Below the pieces are notes generated by a model, which searched no databases, was not told the DNA's origin, and saw only the letters and a list, made by a program, of their open reading frames with translations. Positions 43,797 to 45,506 of a stretch of 45,506 bases of DNA are shown in pieces. Made by a program: the position numbers and the translations under genes. The DNA is from a virus (Duplodnaviria; Caudoviricetes), in IMG/VR virus record IMGVR_UViG_3300027222_000006, positions 1-45,506 of that record; one strand, given 5' to 3'. How positions within the stretch are numbered: position 1 is the stretch's first letter; each line of letters opens with the position of its first letter.

Positions 43797-44801
43797 TTAA
43801 TCGAACAAATCGTCTTCGTCCCAGTTTTCGCCTTCACCAGCTTTAGAGTAGTCGGTTGGTCTTACCGCAAAGAAGTCAGTGTGTGTATGACCTCCAGTCA
43901 AATGGTAGAACCAATCAAGCGCTGCAGCTTGGTCTTCATTATAGTCAAAAACAGGATCAATGTTTAGCTCTGCAAGCTTTTCATTTGCTCTTTTTTTAAT
44001 AAAATGTTTTAGGTCGTCCGCCTTCATATTTTCAAGATCGCCTAGCTCGAACATTTTATCAATATAGTTCATTTCCATTTCAACCATAAGCTTTGCAGCT
44101 TCAACCACTTCGTGCTTTACCTCACCTAAAAGTTCAGGATATTCTTCACACATATGGCGGAAAAGTTGGCAACCCATCTTTGAGTGTAGTGATTCGTCAC
44201 GTACAGACCACTTCATTTGCTGACCAATGCCCTTAAGCATATTGCGCATTTGAAATGAATAAAGTACAGCAAACGATGAATACAATGCAACGCCTTCAGC
44301 AAATGCTGAAAAGATAGCTAATGAACGTGCGACCTGTCTACGTGCTCTTGCACTTGTTTGAAGATCTTCCCATGTCCAATCAGCTTCTGTATTCATCAAG
44401 AATTCAAATCTTGCAGCAGTTGATGGTTCATGTAAGAATGCTTTAAAATCTTCAAGTCCTAACGTTTCATTTAAGTATGAATAAGCAGTTGCGTGAATTG
44501 TTTCTTGTGAACCAAACATCATTGCCATTTGCTTAATCTCGTGTTTAGGAAACCATTTAGTTACCATACCAGTCCAATAATCAGATACCGCACATTCAGT
44601 CTGTGCAAAACCCAATAGGATATTACCCACAAGATTCTTTTCTTCTTTTGTCAATGCCTCATTCCAATCTTTGACATCACCCTGCATTGAAATCTCAGTG
44701 TGTAGCCAAAATGCTTGTGCTTGCTTCAACCAACCTTCATTATAATAAACCGGATATTCAAACGGTTTATATTCTATTCTTTCTTCAAATAATTTTGACA
44801 T
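43797..44801 (-). CDS. nrdB: Class I ribonucleotide reductase beta subunit
   Basis: KPFEYP, FAQTE, ETIHATAY, EGVALYSSF, RDESLH and DFF..R.TDY motifs. Confidence 0.97.
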   Translation of the reverse strand: MSKLFEERIEYKPFEYPVYYNEGWLKQAQAFWLHTEISMQGDVKDWNEALTKEEKNLVGNILLGFAQTECAVSDYWTGMVTKWFPKHEIKQMAMMFGSQETIHATAYSYLNETLGLEDFKAFLHEPSTAARFEFLMNTEADWTWEDLQTSARARRQVARSLAIFSAFAEGVALYSSFAVLYSFQMRNMLKGIGQQMKWSVRDESLHSKMGCQLFRHMCEEYPELLGEVKHEVVEAAKLMVEMEMNYIDKMFELGDLENMKADDLKHFIKKRANEKLAELNIDPVFDYNEDQAAALDWFYHLTGGHTHTDFFAVRPTDYSKAGEGENWDEDDLFD

Positions 44802-44841
44802 TTTCAAAAATATTGTTTTTTTAAAAAACCTCTTTAGACGA

Positions 44842-44880
44842 CAAACGGGTCTTAGATTTTTGAAGATCTAGACCCGCTTG
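44842..44880 (-). promoter_or_regulatory. Long hairpin in the nrdB leader, below a late-like AATATATA motif (44893-44900)
   Basis: CAAGCGGGTCTAGAT-CTTCAAAA-ATCTAAGACCCGTTTG. Confidence 0.5.
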
Positions 44881-44935
44881 GTTTTAATAAATTATATATT
44901 CGCGGGATTCAAAAAACACAAATTAGTGTATCACA

Positions 44936-45506
44936 CTATAATTTAGCTAATCTATCTTTTACCTCTTTTGCCTTTGTATAATAATCATAAGAAGTTTTCT
45001 TATAATCTTTACGCTGGTCATAAAGGTCACTCAAGATTCGCTTAAGAATAGAATCCTTTTTATCGTATACAACGCCATTACTGCATACAATTTCATCTTC
45101 ATTCTTTTTGCGTTCTGGAATCTGTGAAACTGGAATAATTTCTTTATATGAATCAGGCGAAATATTAAATTGTCGCATGATCGATGGGTATAGAGACGCA
45201 AAGTCAAATGCAGATACACCTTGATAGAAACCAACCTTTGGTTGCTTTACATATGCACCGGCAAACTTGCCGTCTTTTTCACCACCTTCTTTACCTTCAG
45301 AAGCAACACGCCTGTTTTGTTCCGCGAGTTTACGGGCGATGAGCGCTTCAGTCACTGATACCGGGGACGCCGCTTTATAGAGTGGCATCTTGGTAATCGA
45401 AGCTAGTGTAAGAAGTACTTCCATTGATTTTAGCTTCTGGTCAATATAGTAAACCAGAATAGAGTCAACTACGTTATAGTAGATGTACTTAACAAAATCT
45501 TGCTCA
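44936..45506 (-). CDS. Family B DNA polymerase, N-terminal subunit (gp43A-like; 5' end beyond the window)
   Basis: The frame stays open to the right edge (EQDFVKYIYYNVVDS, ExoIII YNxxD). GAYVK.P, motif A DFASLYPSIMRQFNISPD and L..LYDQRK follow, then a stop. Confidence 0.93.
   Translation of the reverse strand, partial: EQDFVKYIYYNVVDSILVYYIDQKLKSMEVLLTLASITKMPLYKAASPVSVTEALIARKLAEQNRRVASEGKEGGEKDGKFAGAYVKQPKVGFYQGVSAFDFASLYPSIMRQFNISPDSYKEIIPVSQIPERKKNEDEIVCSNGVVYDKKDSILKRILSDLYDQRKDYKKTSYDYYTKAKEVKDRLAKL

Noticed and set aside
41092-44935. Intein or intron explaining the polymerase split
   Set aside because: The intervening DNA holds complete nrdB, nrdA and clamp genes, and neither polymerase half shows split-intein termini.
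1-45506. Stop-codon reassignment (code 15 or 4)
   Set aside because: Core genes are full length in code 11, TAG and TGA both end genes, and there is no suppressor tRNA; tRNA-Leu has anticodon TAG and reads CUA.

Overview
This is a 45.5-kb, AT-rich segment of a large T4-like contractile-tailed phage. The host is probably in the Bacteroidota, inferred from A-rich leaders without Shine-Dalgarno sequences, a TAnnTT(A/T)G-type promoter, a Bacteroidota-style lipoprotein and a short NrdA. Nearly all genes are on the minus strand. In transcription order (right to left) they are: N-terminal half of a split family-B DNA polymerase, nrdB, nrdA, sliding clamp, C-terminal polymerase half, UvsX, 2OG-Fe(II) oxygenase, gp41 helicase, gp47/gp46, gp15, late sigma gp55, gp4, gp2, portal, a protease-scaffold fusion, major capsid, clamp loader, RNase H, neck, terminases, sheath, tube, tail chaperones, a tape-measure-like gene, a cluster of 7 tRNAs with structured spacers, and the start of a collagen-repeat fibre gene. 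The top finding is a roughly 90-nt three-hairpin element directly after the nrdA stop codon. Its transcribed strand is complementary to 23S rRNA helix 69-71: 20 nt match perfectly, and a second 8-nt block sits in a terminator loop. It is a candidate ribosome-targeting phage RNA. Other findings are three promoter classes, codon usage split by gene class that matches the phage tRNAs, T4-CTS-like capsid-targeting motifs (one on a Cys-His-Asp protein inserted at terL with a 36-bp duplication), and a probable +1 frameshift in the tail chaperones. All product calls come from motif recognition and gene order; no database searches were run.
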